A stretch of DNA of 64,000 bases, taken from NCBI RefSeq assembly GCF_009914755.1, contig NC_060933.1, one strand, 5' to 3'. This stretch comes from the human T2T-CHM13v2.0 reference genome, Homo sapiens. Both the position numbers and the translations under genes were made by a program. How positions within the stretch are numbered: the stretch's first letter is position 1; each line of letters starts with the position of its first letter. Shown here one piece after another: positions 1 to 15,347 of this stretch. The notes below the pieces were generated by a model. The model had not been told where the DNA came from. It did not search any database and worked only from the letters and a program-made list of their open reading frames with translations.

Positions 1-768
1 GAAAATGCTCATCATCACTGGTCATCAGAGAAATGCAAATCAAAACCACAGTGAGATACAATCTCACGCCAGTTAGAATGGTGATTATTTGAAAGTCAGG
101 AAACAACAGATGCTGGAAAGCATGTGGAAAAATAGGAAGGCTTTTACACTGTTGGAGGGATTGCAAATTAGTTCCACCACTGTGGAAGACAGTGTGGCCA
201 TTCCTCCAGGATCTAGAACTAGAAATACCATCTGACCCAGCAATCCCATTACTGGGCATACACCCAAAGGATTATAAATCATGCCACTATAAAGATACAA
301 GCACATGTATGTTTATTGCAGCACTATTCACAATAGCAAAGACTTGGAACCAACCCAAATGTCCATCAATGATAGAACTGATTAAGAAAATGCAGCACGT
401 ATACACCATGGAATAGTACACAGCCATAAAAACAGATGAGTTTTTGTCCTTTGCGGGGACTTGGATGAAGCCAGAAACCATCATTTTCAGCAAACTATCA
501 CAAGGACAGATAACCAAACACCACATGTTCTCACTCATAGGTGGGAATTTACCAGTGAGAACACTTGGACACAAGGCAGGTAACATCACACAATGGGGCC
601 TGTCAGGGGCTGGAGGGCTAGAGGAGAGATAGCAGTAGGAGAAATATCTAATGTAAATGATGAGTTGATGGGTGCAGCAAAACAACATGGCACATGTAAA
701 CCTATGTAACAAACCTGCATGTTGTCCACATGTACCCTAGAACTTAAAGTATAATAAAAAAATAAAAA
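1..768 (+). mobile_element. L1PA-type LINE-1 3' end (ORF2 C-terminus, 3'UTR, poly-A), continues beyond window start
   Basis: ORF 192-416 resembles the ORF2p C-terminus (DLELEIPSDPAIPLLGIHPKDYKSC); ends AACTTAAAGTATAATAAAAAAATAAAAA. Confidence 0.95.
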
Positions 769-769
769 A

Positions 770-3110
770 CAAATAGATTGATTTACACGTGTTGAACAAT
801 ACTTTCATTGGAGAGATAACTCCTTCTTCATCATGGTGTATAATCCTTGCAATGTGTTATTGAATTTGGTGTTCTAATGTTCCGAGGAGAATTTTTACAT
901 CAATAGTCAACAGGAAAATTGATTTGTAGTTGTATTTTTTTTTCTCCTTAGTGTCTTTGTGGGGTTTGGTGTTGTGTTAATGCTGGGCTCATAAAATAAG
1001 TTGGAAATTGTTTTATCTTTTTCATTTTTCTGAAGTAGTTTAAGAAGGGTTGGTGTTAACCCTGCTTTAACATTTTGAAAAAAATATGTATTTAATGAAG
1101 TGATCCGGGCCTGGGCTTTTTGAGGGGAGGTTGTTGTTACTACTTATATGCCTATTCAGATTTTTTTATGGTTTATTTTTAGTATAATCTGTATTTCTAG
1201 ACATTTGTCTATTTCTCTTAGCTTATCACATTTTTTGGCATATACTTGGAATTAAACTTTTATAATCTCTTCTTTTCCTACTTTTGTGGCATCAGTAGTA
1301 ATAGCTCCTCTTTTATTTATGAATTTAATTATTTGAGGTATCTTCTTTTTTCTTTTAATCTGTTTGTCAGTTTTCTTAATCTTTTCAATAAAACCAAACT
1401 TTAATTGATTTTTCTATGGCTTTTAATTGTTATTTATTTATAACTGCTGAAATTCTTATTCTTTACTGATGTTTGATTACATTTACTAGTTGATTTAGAT
1501 AGATTTGTTAAATGTACACATTTACTACTACAATTGAATACAAGCTTTAGATGCATTCAATAATTTTGTTATGCTTTGTCTCCAGTTATGTTGAAATTTT
1601 CACTGTGATTTCTTCTTTAACCCATAATGTTGTTTAGGAGCATGTTACTTGATTTTTATGTATTTGCAAATTTTTAAATTTTTCTTCTGGTATTCACTTC
1701 TAGTTCCATTCCATTTTAGTTGTAAATGATACTTCGTATGATTTTAATTTTCTTGAATTGATTTCTTTGTGGTCCGATTTGTGATATAGTCTCAAGAATG
1801 TTCCATGTGCACACCAGAATCATGCGCATTCTCTTGTTGAGAAGACCGTTTCTAAAAGTCTGTTGGATTTGGTTGAATCACTCCTTGCTCAATCCTCTGT
1901 CTTCATTTGGTCTCCCAGGTTGTCCTCTCCATTATTAAAGTCTCCTATCATTTTGGTGGTGGTCTCTATTCCTCCCTTTATTTTTATTTATAATTTTGTT
2001 TCTTACACAGACGAAGTGTTGCTATCTTGCCCAGGTTAGTCTCTACTCCTGGGCTCAAGCCATCCTCCTGCCTCTGCCCCCGCCAAGATGCAGGGATTAC
2101 AAGCAGGCGTGAGCCACTGTACTCAGCCTATTTCTCCTTTTAATTCTGTCATTATTTGTGTTATGTGTTTGGAATAGTTGCTGATTCATGTGCATATTTT
2201 AATTATGATATCTTCTTGGAGATTTATTTTTATTATATAATGTCCTTGTTTGTCTTTATGACAGTTTTTTGCTTAAAGTCTAATCATCTAATGTAAATGT
2301 GACCCACTTTGTTCTATTTTGGTTGCTATTTAGGATGATTTGGTTACCATATAGAATATAATTTTCCATCCCTGCACTTTCATTCCATGTTTATCCTTAA
2401 ATAAACATAATTTATTTGATTTTATATTTTTATTTTTATAAACAATTTATAAACAGAATTCATTCGATTTTATATTTTTATTTCTTCAGTGACCTTCTGT
2501 CTGTTATTGGAGAATTTAACATTGTTACATATAAGGTTATTATTTGCAGTTAAGGAGTTACTACTGCCATTTTGTTAATTGTTTTGTGTTTCTTTTGTAG
2601 TTCTTTTGTTTATTTATTTTATTTCTTGCTGTATTCCTTTTTGTCTAATTAATTTTTGTGCTAATATGTTTTTATTTCTTTTTCTTTTGTATACATTCTA
2701 CATGTATTATCTTTGTGATTACTATACAGGTGACATGAAACATCTCAAAGTTATAACAATCTAGTTTAATCTGATGTTATCTCAGTAGCATATAAAAACT
2801 CCAGTCTTTTACATGACTGTCTTTCCCAACACTCATGTTGTTCTTGATGTCACAAATTAGGCCTTTTTACATGATGTATTCTTTAACATACATATAAAAT
2901 ATTTTTGTATATTGGTGTCAAATACTATAAGGGGATTGAAATTACTTACCAACATCACAATAATACAGGATGCTATATTTCTCTATATATTTGCTTTACA
3001 ACAGAGCTTTATAGTATTCTATGGCTTTTTTGGTACTCTCATTTTTTAATCTCAAAGGACTTTCTAGCATTTCTTGAAGAACAAACCTAGCGGTCATAAA
3101 CTCCTTCATA
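770..3110 (-). mobile_element. Old degraded L1 (L1M-type), ORF2 5' part to ORF1 end
   Basis: T-rich strand with antisense L1 motifs (AAAGTCTCCTATCATT, GAATGTTCCATGTGCAC, TTCTAGCATTTCTTG); heavily diverged. Confidence 0.75.
2003..2128 (-). mobile_element. Alu left monomer (FLAM/AluJ-like)
   Basis: CTCCTGGGCTCAAGCCATCCTCCTGCCTC...GGGATTACA...GTGAGCCACTG; only one arm present. Confidence 0.85.
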
Positions 3111-3117
3111 GTGGTCA

Positions 3118-5110
3118 TAATAAAGGGTATTCAGTTAGGGAAAGAGGAAGTCAAATTGTCCCTATTTGCAGATGACATGATTGTATATCTAGAAAACCCC
3201 ATCGTCTCAGCCCAAAATCTCCTTAAGCTGATAAGCAACTTCAGCAATGTCTCAGGATACAAAATCAATATACAAAAATCACAAGCATTCTTGTACACCA
3301 ACAACAGGCACACAGAGAGCCAAATCATGAGTGAATTCCCATTCACAATTGCTTCAGAGAGAATAAAATACCTAGGAATCCAACTTACAAGGGATGTGAA
3401 GGACCTCTTCAAGGAGAACTACAAATCACTGCTCAATGAAATAAAAGAGGATACAAACAAATGGAAGAACATTCCATGCTCATGGGTAGGAAGAATCAAT
3501 ATCATGAAAATGGCCATACTGCCCAAGGTAATTGATAGATTCAATGTCATCCCCATCAAGCTACCAATGACTTTCTTCACAGAATTGGAAAAAAACTACT
3601 TTAAAGTTCATATGGAACAAAAAAGGGCCCACATCGCCAAGTCAATCCTAAGCCAAAACAACAAAGCTGGAGGCATCACGCTACCTGACTTCAAACTATA
3701 CTACAAGGCTACAGTAACCAAAACAGCATGTTACTGGTACCAAAACAGAGATGTAGACCAATGGAACAGAACAGAGCCCTCAGAAATAATGCTGCATATC
3801 TACAACTATCTGATCTTTGACAAACCTGACAAAAACAAAAAATGGGGAAAGGATTCCCTACATAATAAATGATGCTGGGAAAACTGGCTAGCCATATGTA
3901 GAAAGCTGAAACTGGATCCCTTCCTTACACCTTATACACAAATTAATTCAAGATGGATTAAAGACTTAAATGTTAGATCTAAAACCATAAAAACCCTAGA
4001 AGAAAACCTAGGCAATACCATTCAGGACATAGGCATCAGCAAGGACTTCGTGTCTAAAACACCAAAAGCAATGGCAACAAAAGCCAAAATTGACAAATGG
4101 GATCTAATTAAACTAAAGAGCTTCTGCACAGCAAAAGAAACTACCATCAGAGTGAATAGGCAACCTACAGAATGGGGGAAAAATTGTCCAATCTACTCAT
4201 CTGACAAAGGGCTAATATCCAGAATCTACAATGAACCCAAACAAATTTACAAGAAAAACCCAAACAACCCCATCAAAAACTGGGTGAAGGATATGAACAG
4301 ACACTTCTCAAAAGAAGACATTTATGCAGCCAAAAGACACATGAAAAAATGTTCATCATCACTGGCCATCAGAGAAATGCAAATCAAAGCCACAATGAGA
4401 TACCATCTCATACCAGTTAGAATGACAATCACTAAAAAGTCAGGAAACAACATGTGCTGGAGAGGATGTGGAGAAATAGGAACACTTTTACACTGTTGGT
4501 AGGACTGTAAACTAGTTCAACCATTGTGGAAGTCAGTGTGGCAATTCCTCAGGGATCTAGAACTAGAAATACCGTTTGACCCAGCCATCCTATTACTGGG
4601 TATATACCCAAAGGACTATAAATCATGCTGCTATAAAGACACATGCACACGTATGTTTATTGCAGCACTATTCACAATAGCAAAGATTGGGAACCAACAC
4701 AAATGTCCGACAATGATAGACTGGATTAAGAAAATGTGGCACATATACACCATGGAATACTATGCAGCCATAAAAAATGATGAGTTCATGTCCTTTGCAG
4801 GGACATGGAGGAAGCTGGAAACCATCATTCTCAGCAAACTATCACAAAGACAAAAAACCAAACACCTGCATGTTCTCACTTATAGGTGGGAATTGAACAA
4901 TGAGAACACGTGGACACAGGAAGGGGAACATCACACACCAGGGACGGTTGAGGGGTGGGGGGATGGGGGAGGGATAGCATTAGGAGATATACCTGATGCT
5001 AAATGACTAGTTAATGGGTGCAGCACACCAACATGTCACGTGTATACATATGTAACAGACCTGCACGTTGTGCACATGTACTCTATAACTTAAAAGTATA
5101 ATAAAAAAAA
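3118..5110 (+). mobile_element. 5'-truncated L1PA (~2 kb): RT domain remnant to poly-A
   Basis: ORF 3111-3872 contains the RT motif [13 protein letters not shown]; ORFs 4050-4502 and 4524-5006 are ORF2p C-terminal pieces broken by stops; G-rich 3'UTR tract at ~4950-4975; poly-A at ~5100. Confidence 0.97.
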
Positions 5111-8100
5111 GAAACAAGCAAAACAACTAATAAAAACTCTATACTGCCATTCTTTTCAACTTTTTGTTGTTTCTCTTCATTCCCTATTTTACAGTCTATG
5201 TATTGGAAATAAATACATTGTAGTTATTATTTTTATTGGTTTATTGTTTACTCTTTCTATTTGAGATTTTTGCACCCCATAATTACCATATTATAATATT
5301 CAGTGTTTTTCCATGTGCTATTGCTAGTGAGTTGTGTACCTTCAGATGATTTCTTATTGCTCACTAACTTGTTTTCTTTTAGGTTAAGATATCCCTTTAG
5401 CATTTCTTGTAGGACAGGTCTGGTGTTAATGAAATCCCTCAGTTTTTGTTTGTTGGAAAAAGTTCTTATTTTTCCGTCAAGTTTAAAGGACGTTTTTGCC
5501 AGATACATTATTCTAAAGTAAAAGTCTTTTTTTCCTTCAGTTTTTTAATATGTCATGCCAATCTCACAGCCTGTAAATTTTCCCCTGAAAAGTCTGCTGT
5601 CAGATGTATTGGAGTTCCGCTGAATGTTATTTGTTTCTCTTCTCTCGATGCTTTTAGAATCATTTCTTTATCCTTAACCTTTGGGAGTTCAGTTTAGTGC
5701 CTTGAGGTGGTCTTCTTTGGGTTAAATCTGCTTTATGTTCTGTAACTTTCTGTTACTCGAATGTTGATATGAAATGTTGAGGAATTGTTTAATATTATTT
5801 AATATTATTTATTTAAATAAATATTCAACTCATCTCTTTTTCTACCTCCTCTTTAAGGCCAATAACTCTTAGATTTGCTATTTTGAGGCTATTTTTAAAA
5901 TTCTATAGGCCTGCTTTATTTTTTATTCCTTTTTGTCTCCTCTGACTTTGTATTTTTAAATAGTCTGGCTTCAAGTTCACTAAATCTATCTTCTCCTTGG
6001 TCAATTCTTTTAAGTAATTCTGATCCATTCTTCAGTATGACAATAGCATTTTAACCTCAGAATTTCTACTTTATTCTTTTTATTTCAATCTCATTGTTAA
6101 ATTTATCTGATAGAATTTTGAATTCCTTCTCTGTGTTATATTGTACATTTCTTTGAATTACCTCAACCAGTTATTTTGGATTTCCTGTATGAAAGGTCAC
6201 ATATCTTTGTTTTTCCAGGATTTGTCCCTGGTACTTTATTTAGCTTGTTTGGTGAGGCCATGTTTTCCTGGATGGCCTTGATACTTGTAGATATTCATCT
6301 GTATCTGGGCATTGAAGAATTCAGTCTTTATTGTAGTCTTCACAGTCTGGGCTTGTTAGTGCCCATTACCTTTGGGAACACTTTCCAGGTATTCAAAGAA
6401 ACTTGGGTCCCAAACCCAATAGCACAGTAGTTTATGCAAACACGTAGAGGTAGTGCCTTGGTGGCCTTGGATTAACATCAAGAAAAATTCTCTTGATTTA
6501 TCAAGTAGAGACTCTTGTTCTCTTCCCTTACTTTCTCTCAAATCAGCAGTCTCTCTTTCTGTGCTGAGACATGTGGAGCTGGGGTTGGGGTAACAGAAGA
6601 ACTCCTGTGGCAGCCACCACTGAGACTGTGCTGGTTCACACCTGAAGTAGGCACAGAACTTGGTCTCACCCAAGGCCCACTGCAACCACTACTTGGCTAC
6701 CATATAAGTTTATTCAAAGCCCCAGGACTCTGTGATTAATAGTTGGCAGTGCCAGCCAGGTTTGTGTCTCTGCCTATAGGGTTGAAAGTTCCCCTAGCCA
6801 TGAGTTGGTCCACAGATGCTACCTGGGAGCCAGAGATTAAAGCATAGAATCTTCAAAATTTAGCTGCTCTTCTATTTTATTGTAGCTAACCTGGCACTTA
6901 GGGAATAAGACAAAGTATTTTCTACTCTTCTTTCCCCTCTGTGCAGGCAGAAGAGCTTCTTCTATGACTGCCCACACTACTGGCCCATGGGGGGTTTCCA
7001 CCAAATCATCATCACTTTCTCACTTAAAGCCCAAGGACTCTTTAGTTAGCTTGTGATAAATTCTGCAATGCCTGGGACTCGACCTTTGGCCCAGGGCAAG
7101 TGCAGAAATGCTGACCAAGAAGACCCTAGGCCTGGACTCAGGGACTCTAAGAATCTGCTTGGTGATCTACCCCACTGTGGTTGAGCTGGTATACCAGGTG
7201 CAATGTAGAGTTCCCTTTACTTTCCCCCCTGTCTTTCTCAAACAGAAGTCTTTCACCATAGCTACCACAGCTAGAAATGTACTGGGTCACACCTGAACTT
7301 AGCACTTCTCAGATCCCAATGCCCATGGTGTATTACCTGGTTGTCACTGTTTTTTATTCTGGGTACAGGGGTTCTTTAGTCAGCAGGTGATGAATTCTGC
7401 CAGGTCTTTACTGACATGGCAGCACTGAGTTTGATGTAAAGTCCTCCAGTCACTGTGCTCTCCCTCTCCCAAATTCACAGGTTTCTGTGTGTTGTGTGGC
7501 TGCTGCTAAGTGAGGGGTGGGGGAGTGGTGTTGTGAGCACTCCCTTAGCTGCTCTGGCTGCTGTCTCGGTAGACCCCATACTCCCCACCCTCCACATTCC
7601 ACTGGCTCTGAGCCCAGCTCGGAATATGACTTGCCTAATAATTGAAGTCCTTGTGGTCTAGACTGCCCCTTAAGTTCTCTTAGAGTCCAATAGCACGTCA
7701 ACTCATGATGGCAAGACTTGTAAAAACTCAAGCTCCCAACACTAGGATGGGAGGTTTTCCTCTTTCTACGGCCAATACACATGCTCCTTCCATTGGCAGA
7801 TGTCAGCTGAGTACAGTCTGGTTCTGCTTTTCACTGTGACAGGGTAGTACTGAGTTTATTGCAAAGCCTCACAAACTATGCGCTCCCTCTCCCAAACATA
7901 CTATCTCTGCACGATGTAGCCACTAGTGGTGGTTGAAAAAGAGGTGGCATCCGAGCTTCTAGACCGTCTTTTATTTTTTTGTCTTCTCCAATGTCTGTTT
8001 CAGTGATATGAAGTTAATACCAGGTACTGTGATTGCTCACCCAATTTTTGGTCCCTTTGACAGTGCTTCTTGAATGTAGTTAGTTGTGAAAATTTGGTGT

Positions 8101-8145
8101 TTTTGTGTGGTGGATGAGAATGTAGGCTTCTATTCTGCCCTCTTA
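5111..8145 (-). mobile_element. Older L1 (L1M/L1MA-type) 5'UTR and ORF1
   Basis: Minus ORF 5257-5508 resembles the ORF1p C-terminus (YLAKTSFKLDGKIRTFSNKQKLRDFINTRPVLQEMLKG); 5'UTR-like sequence ends at an AAGA(G)GGCAGAATAGAAG-type L1 start near 8143. Confidence 0.85.
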
Positions 8146-8159
8146 CTCTGTCTCTGCCT

Positions 8160-9349
<1,190 letters not shown>

Positions 9350-10019
9350 TTAAGCTGCCTTTCCTTTGCAAATACAAAATCAAACCATTCGAAAAATCAC
9401 TTTAATTGTAGAGATTGACAGTATCTTTCCCCTTCCCTATCTCCTTTCCTCTTTTGTGATTTTTTTTTTCTGATCACTATGAATCCACTCCACAGAGTAA
9501 CCTCCTTTCTTAATCTGTGTGAATTGTGGTGATGAGCTAGGCAGCTCTCTTAAAACCACTAACAAAAAAGTTTTAAATTTCCTAGTTAGTAATACATTTT
9601 TAACATGCCACAAGATACTCTTAGAACAAGGACTTCTGGTCCAGGCATTATGGATTATGATGATTAGTTCTCTGGATTTCTATAAGCTTTGAAATTATGA
9701 GGTAAAAATCTAAAATAAGTCGGACTTCATGCTATTTATACATTTATTGGGTTTGTTAATTATTCCATAGGAAAACAGATGAAAGACTTTTGTAGAATTC
9801 AATTCTGCTTCACCATACTTAGGGTTACAAGAAGGCAGTTATATTGATGTAATTGACAGACTGAATTAACCTCAGTCATCACATGTGATTTTTCTAGAGT
9901 TTTTTTAATGGTGCTGACATTCTCTTCAATATGTCCATGCTTAGCTTGGGTTTCTGGGGGACAGATGAGTAGCTAGTACTACCCATCTAAAACACAATGT
10001 TCATTAGTTGGAATAATGG

Positions 10020-10570
10020 TGTGATATGATAGTCTTCAAGATGATGCCCTCAATTTCTTTCCTCCCTGCATGCACATGCTGCTGTTTACATTGACAGGTA
10101 GAGTCGAATCTCCCATTTCTTGAATCTGTGCTGGTCACAATGACTTGCTTTTCCAATAGGATGGAGCAGAAGTCGTACTCTAGGACCTCCAAGGCTAGGT
10201 CCTAAGAAGCTTTGTAGTATTTGCCTGTGTGTCTTGGGACAAACTACCACGTTGTGAGCACTCCAGGTAACATGGAGAGGTCAGATAGGCATCACACTCA
10301 GCAGCCAATATGCACTGCCAGCCATGTAAGTGACCCGTCTAGACTCTTTAGCCTAATTGAGCTTTCAGGTGACTTCAGCAGCAGCCAACCAACCGCAACT
10401 GCAAGAAAGACTCCAAAAGAGAACTTTTGTAGTGCCCATCAACCCACAAAACCATGAGAAATAACGTTATTAAAATTACTAAACAAATAATAACAATAAA
10501 CAATATTAAACAATAAATAATTCCGTAAGTTTTGGAATGGCTTACTATTCAGCAAGAGATGGCTAGAGGA
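10020..10570 (+). mobile_element. Old MaLR LTR (MLT1 family)
   Basis: MLT1-like motifs CCCATTTCTTGAATCTG, TGACTTGCTTT, GCCAGCCATGTAAGTGA, AAGTTTTGGAATGG. Confidence 0.65.
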
Positions 10571-12333
10571 AGTACTAAATATTGCACAATACTGAATAAG
10601 TATAAGTTTATTTGTATAATATACTTCTATATTTCAAAGCCATTGACATTTCTGGAAAGAGTGCAAAAGTGAGCACTGATTAAATGGTTCCCAAGAGAAG
10701 TTGTCTGTTGTGTCTCAATAGCATCATTTACCAATGGGAGCTGTATTTTGTTTTTGGAAAATATACATTTTAATGTTAATTTTGAAAAATATACTAACCA
10801 TTGTTTAGAAAGGCATATGCTATTTTGAAAAAAATTTGAGCGAACCAGAGAAGTGTAAACTTTAAGGCTCTAATCATATTTATATGCTATTTAACCCATA
10901 AGTCCAAAGTCTGATGACAAATATGTTTACGTAATACTGATATTTGGATAAATAAGTTAAACTAACAGCTTTCTTTTTAAATGATAGGCTTATAATTGGT
11001 ATGATGTTGAGATGGCTGCAGTGGATGGGCTCATCACCAGAATAAAATTTTCTCTTTAATACTTTTTTAGAACATTAAGTGAGAACCAGAGAGTCTAAAA
11101 CTGGGTTACACAGCAGCAATAAAATCAGAGTGACACTTACTTTGCAGCAGCAGGACTGGAATTCTTGCTGTTGGGGTTGGTGGCAGCAAACTCAATTATG
11201 GGTGTCTCCTGCTTCATGCTTAGATGATGTGTTGGAATATTTCCTGTTTAGAACTCTCTAACACTTCCTGACTAGAGCTGTTTAAAATAGAAACAAACTC
11301 CTCTGATTTTGAATTTAGCCTATTTATTGTTATGATTTGTTCATATGTTTCTACTTTTTAGACTGTGGCTTTCTTGTAGACAGAAATTATATTTTATACC
11401 TCTTTTTCTTCAGCAGCAGTGTGCCTGGCACCTAGTTGAATTGTCAGGTTCGTTGAATGAGTACAGCAAAATTATACTAGACTTAAACTATTAACTTTAT
11501 CAATTCTACTCAGAAAATATATAGCTAAGTATGACGTATGAATCAATTTACTCACTTATTCAACAAACTTTTTTAAGTGACTACAATATGTTATGAGCTA
11601 GGAATATGACAGTAAACAAATCTCACCTTGTCTCAAACTTCAGTGGATCCAGGAGTCTCTAGAAGTTTAATTCTTGCTCAATCAGCAATTCCTTTTCACT
11701 GAAGACTTGACAAGAAGTTTTGAGAAGGCAAGAGTGTGTGAACTCAGCAGATGTTTGTGATGCACCTACCTACTGTGTGCCAGAAGCTGTAGTGTCACAG
11801 GCTCTGCCTGTGTCTCCTAGGAAAGGTGAAAACTAAGGACAATATTTTACACAACAAATAATGGCAAGTATGCCATGTGATGGAGAGGGAAAGTGCTGGC
11901 TCCCAAGAGTATAACAGGCACTGAGCCTAGCGTGGGGTCCAGGCGTCTCTGGCATGGTGCCCTCCTAGGTTCTGGTTGTCCCTCCTTGTTGCTTCTGCTG
12001 TCTTCTTCAGTTACATCTGCTTCTCTGCATTTCCTCATTTTACGGTATGTGGGATGCAGTCATCTCTGAACAGGAGTAGGCAACTGTGCACCTGTTACAC
12101 CATGCTTGATGCTCTGCATTGACGTACACTGGGCCCAGGTTTTCCTGGTGGACTGCTTGGGCCATTCTTGTCATCTGGCTCTGAAGTCTTTGCTCACAGA
12201 GGTGCACTTGCCAGATGGGTAAGCCAGAGATCTGGGGTCCTCTGATGAGGCCACTCTCACCCTGCTTATATTCCCTGACATACATAACAGATGAAGCTCA
12301 GGTGGGCAATGCACCTCAGGCCACAGTGTGGAC

Positions 12334-12861
12334 TGTTGTAACCAAGCGAGTTATAGAGGAATGCCACACTTTGAGACAAATTAAGGAGTGCTTTATTAGC
12401 CGGCAACCGAGAGGCATGTAATGCTCAAAATTCTCTTGGCCCCGAGGAAGGGGCTGGTTTTGTTTTTATACCGTGGTCTAAATAGGGGAGGGGGGAGTTT
12501 AGCTGAAACAAGTTTTACAGAAGCAGAGCTGGCAAATAGTTAAAATATTAATTGGTTACAATAGCAGTTACAAAACAAATAAACAGTTCCAGGTGCAGGG
12601 GCTTAAACTATCACAAAGAGAGAAATGCAGGGGTTTTGCGTGACATTCACCAAGTGCGTACCCAGGAGCAGCTGGTGCAGCTTGCCTCAATATCTTATCA
12701 GTAAGTGCATTCTGGACCTGCTTTGAGTCAGTTTATACTAGTTATGCAATTAAGGGTGGAAGGTAAAGGGGGCTGCACGTGAAGAAACTAAAATGGAGTC
12801 TGTCCGGCTCTCTCTCCGCTAGGAGAGAGTCACTCAGGTTAAAACAAGGTAGGGTATCACA
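12334..12861 (-). mobile_element. Solo LTR6 (HERV-S71 family, LTR6A/B-like) with 4-bp TSD GGAC
   Basis: Minus strand starts TGTGATACCCTACCTTGTTTTAACCTGA and ends ...TACAACA; GGAC at 12330-12333 and 12862-12865. Confidence 0.85.
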
Positions 12862-13427
12862 GGACCATGTACAATTCTTCAAACTCCAGCTTCAACTCTC
12901 TTTCTTATTGCTCTCTTAGGACAGTATATTTAGATCAGAGTAAATGAAAGTAATGTTATTAGGAGATAAGATTAAAATTGATCCCATTTGTAAAAAGGGA
13001 AGTAGGTTATTTGTGAACTGTAATACTTTTTTTTTAGTGAAGAATCACCTTAAAACTTGGAAACTGGATACAAGATAATTCCTTCATTCTGTAAAAGTTT
13101 AGTAGCAAACTATATGCCAGGACTGTGCTAGGTACTAGGGATACATGGTTGAATATATAGTATAAGATGCCTTGGAGTGTCAGATAGTTTCATATAAATG
13201 GCTCATGCAGTATATAGACAGTGTGGTAAAAAGAGACTACTGAGATGCGCAGAGGACAGACAATAAAGCGTCTTCGAATGGTAGATAAATGTGTTTGGAC
13301 TTTTCACTCAGGGCTGTTGAAGTTTTTGAAGGTCAGTGGTCTCAGAGTTTTGGTGTTTTCAAGCCCTGCTAAGCACTTTCTTTCTAGCTGATGATTGGCC
13401 ACCATTACTGATCATCTATTGGCTCCG

Positions 13428-13953
13428 TCTGATTCAGCAATCCCACCACTGAGTATTTATGTAAAGGAAAAGAAATCAATGTATCAGAAAGATAACTGTA
13501 CTTGTGTATTTGTTGCAACACTATTCACAGTAGCACAGACATAAAATGAAACTAAATACCCATCAACAAATGATTGGAGAAAGAAAATGTAGAAAATATA
13601 CACAATGAAATACCATTCAGGCATAAAAAACAATAGAATCATAACTTTTGCAGACACATGGATGGAACTGGAGGCCATTGTTGTAAGTGAAGCAAGCCAG
13701 ACACAGAGGAAACATCATATTGTATCACTCATAAGCGGGTGCTAAAAGATGTGTAGATATTGACGTAGAGAGTGGAATGATAATGGAGACTCAGCAGGGT
13801 GAGGGGATGGAAGGGGTGAACAGTGAGAAATTACTTAATGGGTACAATGTGCATTATTCTGGTGATGGATACCTAAAAGCCCTGACTTCACCACTATGCC
13901 ATCCATACTTACAGCAAAATTACACTTGGAACCCATAAATTTATACACAAAAA
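13428..13953 (+). mobile_element. L1MA-type 3' end fragment
   Basis: GATTCAGCAATCCCACCACTG, GGATGGAACTGGAGGCCATT, CCTGACTTCACCACTATG. Confidence 0.85.
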
Positions 13954-15315
13954 GTCTTAGACCTCTCTCTCTTCTCTCATAAGACTCAGAGCTCAGTGAT
14001 CCCCTTGGATCCCTCAGCCTGCTGAGTTTCTATTTTCCTACCTAAGGTGATTTTGGGCAGAGACAAGGGAGTGTTTCTGGAAGATGTTCTCAGGCACACG
14101 CTTCTAAAGAAACATTGGAGACTCTTCTAGTGGCCTTTATCTAGTCACTGCTTTAAGCAAGGAATAAAACATCTGTGGCTAAAATTTGTAAAACTGTGTT
14201 TCCCACCCACCCTTCAGACCTGACAGAAGAGATTTTAGGATTTTAAGGGAACAGCTTTTTCCTGACCTAAAAGGTCACAGTAGTGTAAAGGCCAATGTCA
14301 CGTAAGTACCTGTTCCCCATCTGTAAAATAACTTTCAGATACTATTCCCACAGCTGGAATCAGTACAGTGTTTTGACTGAGGTATTGGAAAAGCCTATGA
14401 GCTCATTATCATTTGAACATATGAGTAATGTAAAATTTAGGCAGAATTTTATTTGAAAGGATTATTTATGCAATTTTTAATTAACTGATTTATATTGCGG
14501 TTATTTCAAACAATAAAAATCAGGTCGTTGTGTTGTAAGCTAGAAATATTTACAATAACACATGGTCTTGATTATCTCACATGATGAAGACTAAAGCAAA
14601 ATAATTTATCTTGGGGAATTCTGTGACAGTTTCTCTTTCACTTTGCTTTAATAATGACTTCAAACTGTTGTACATATATAGAGAACTCCTGACTAAAGAG
14701 AATATTTTGTCTATTGTGCTATGTTTCTGTAACTTTTTAAGATCTAGAGGAACATATATTTAGTCTCAGTTGGCCAACTAAATGTTATGGAGTCAGCTTC
14801 TGTGTTATGTGCTGAGCATTGAAGGAATGGTGGAGACAAGGCTGCTGCCCTTACAGAGTCTGCGGAGAAAACCTGATGGAGTGTGGCAGGGAACATGCTG
14901 GGAGCATCCCAGGGTGCCAAAAGCGCACACAGATGGAACACCTGCCTTAGAACAGGGGTGAGTCAGACAAGGAGAGGTGTCAGGAAAAACAAGGAAAGTT
15001 TAAAATGCAGGAATAGAAACGCACTTGAGAAATCCATGGGGAATGAAGAGAATGGCTGAGCAGCAGCAGATTGTCAAAAAGGAAATCAAGAAGGATCAGC
15101 CAAAGAGGTTGATGGAGAACCAGGAGAAAGAAGGTGACACTGAAGCCAAGGGAAGGAAAGTGTTTCAGCATTTCTGGGAAAAAATAACATGTTCTGTCTT
15201 AACCTTGCTGTTTTATGAGTCATATAGCGACATTCCAGGTTCTGAGAAGTCCAGCACTAAAGATGTTTCTTCTAGTTTGCTTAACCCAGCATTTGCCAGA
15301 ATAATCTGGGCTTAG

Positions 15316-15347
15316 TGTGAGTGTGTGTGTGTGTGTGTGCCTGTGTG
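15316..15347. repeat. (TG)n microsatellite
   Basis: TGTGAGTGTGTGTGTGTGTGTGTGCCTGTGTG. Confidence 0.9.

Noticed and set aside
3111-5006. Reverse transcriptase ORF as an active or novel retroelement
   Set aside because: Ordinary 5'-truncated L1PA with stops and frameshifts
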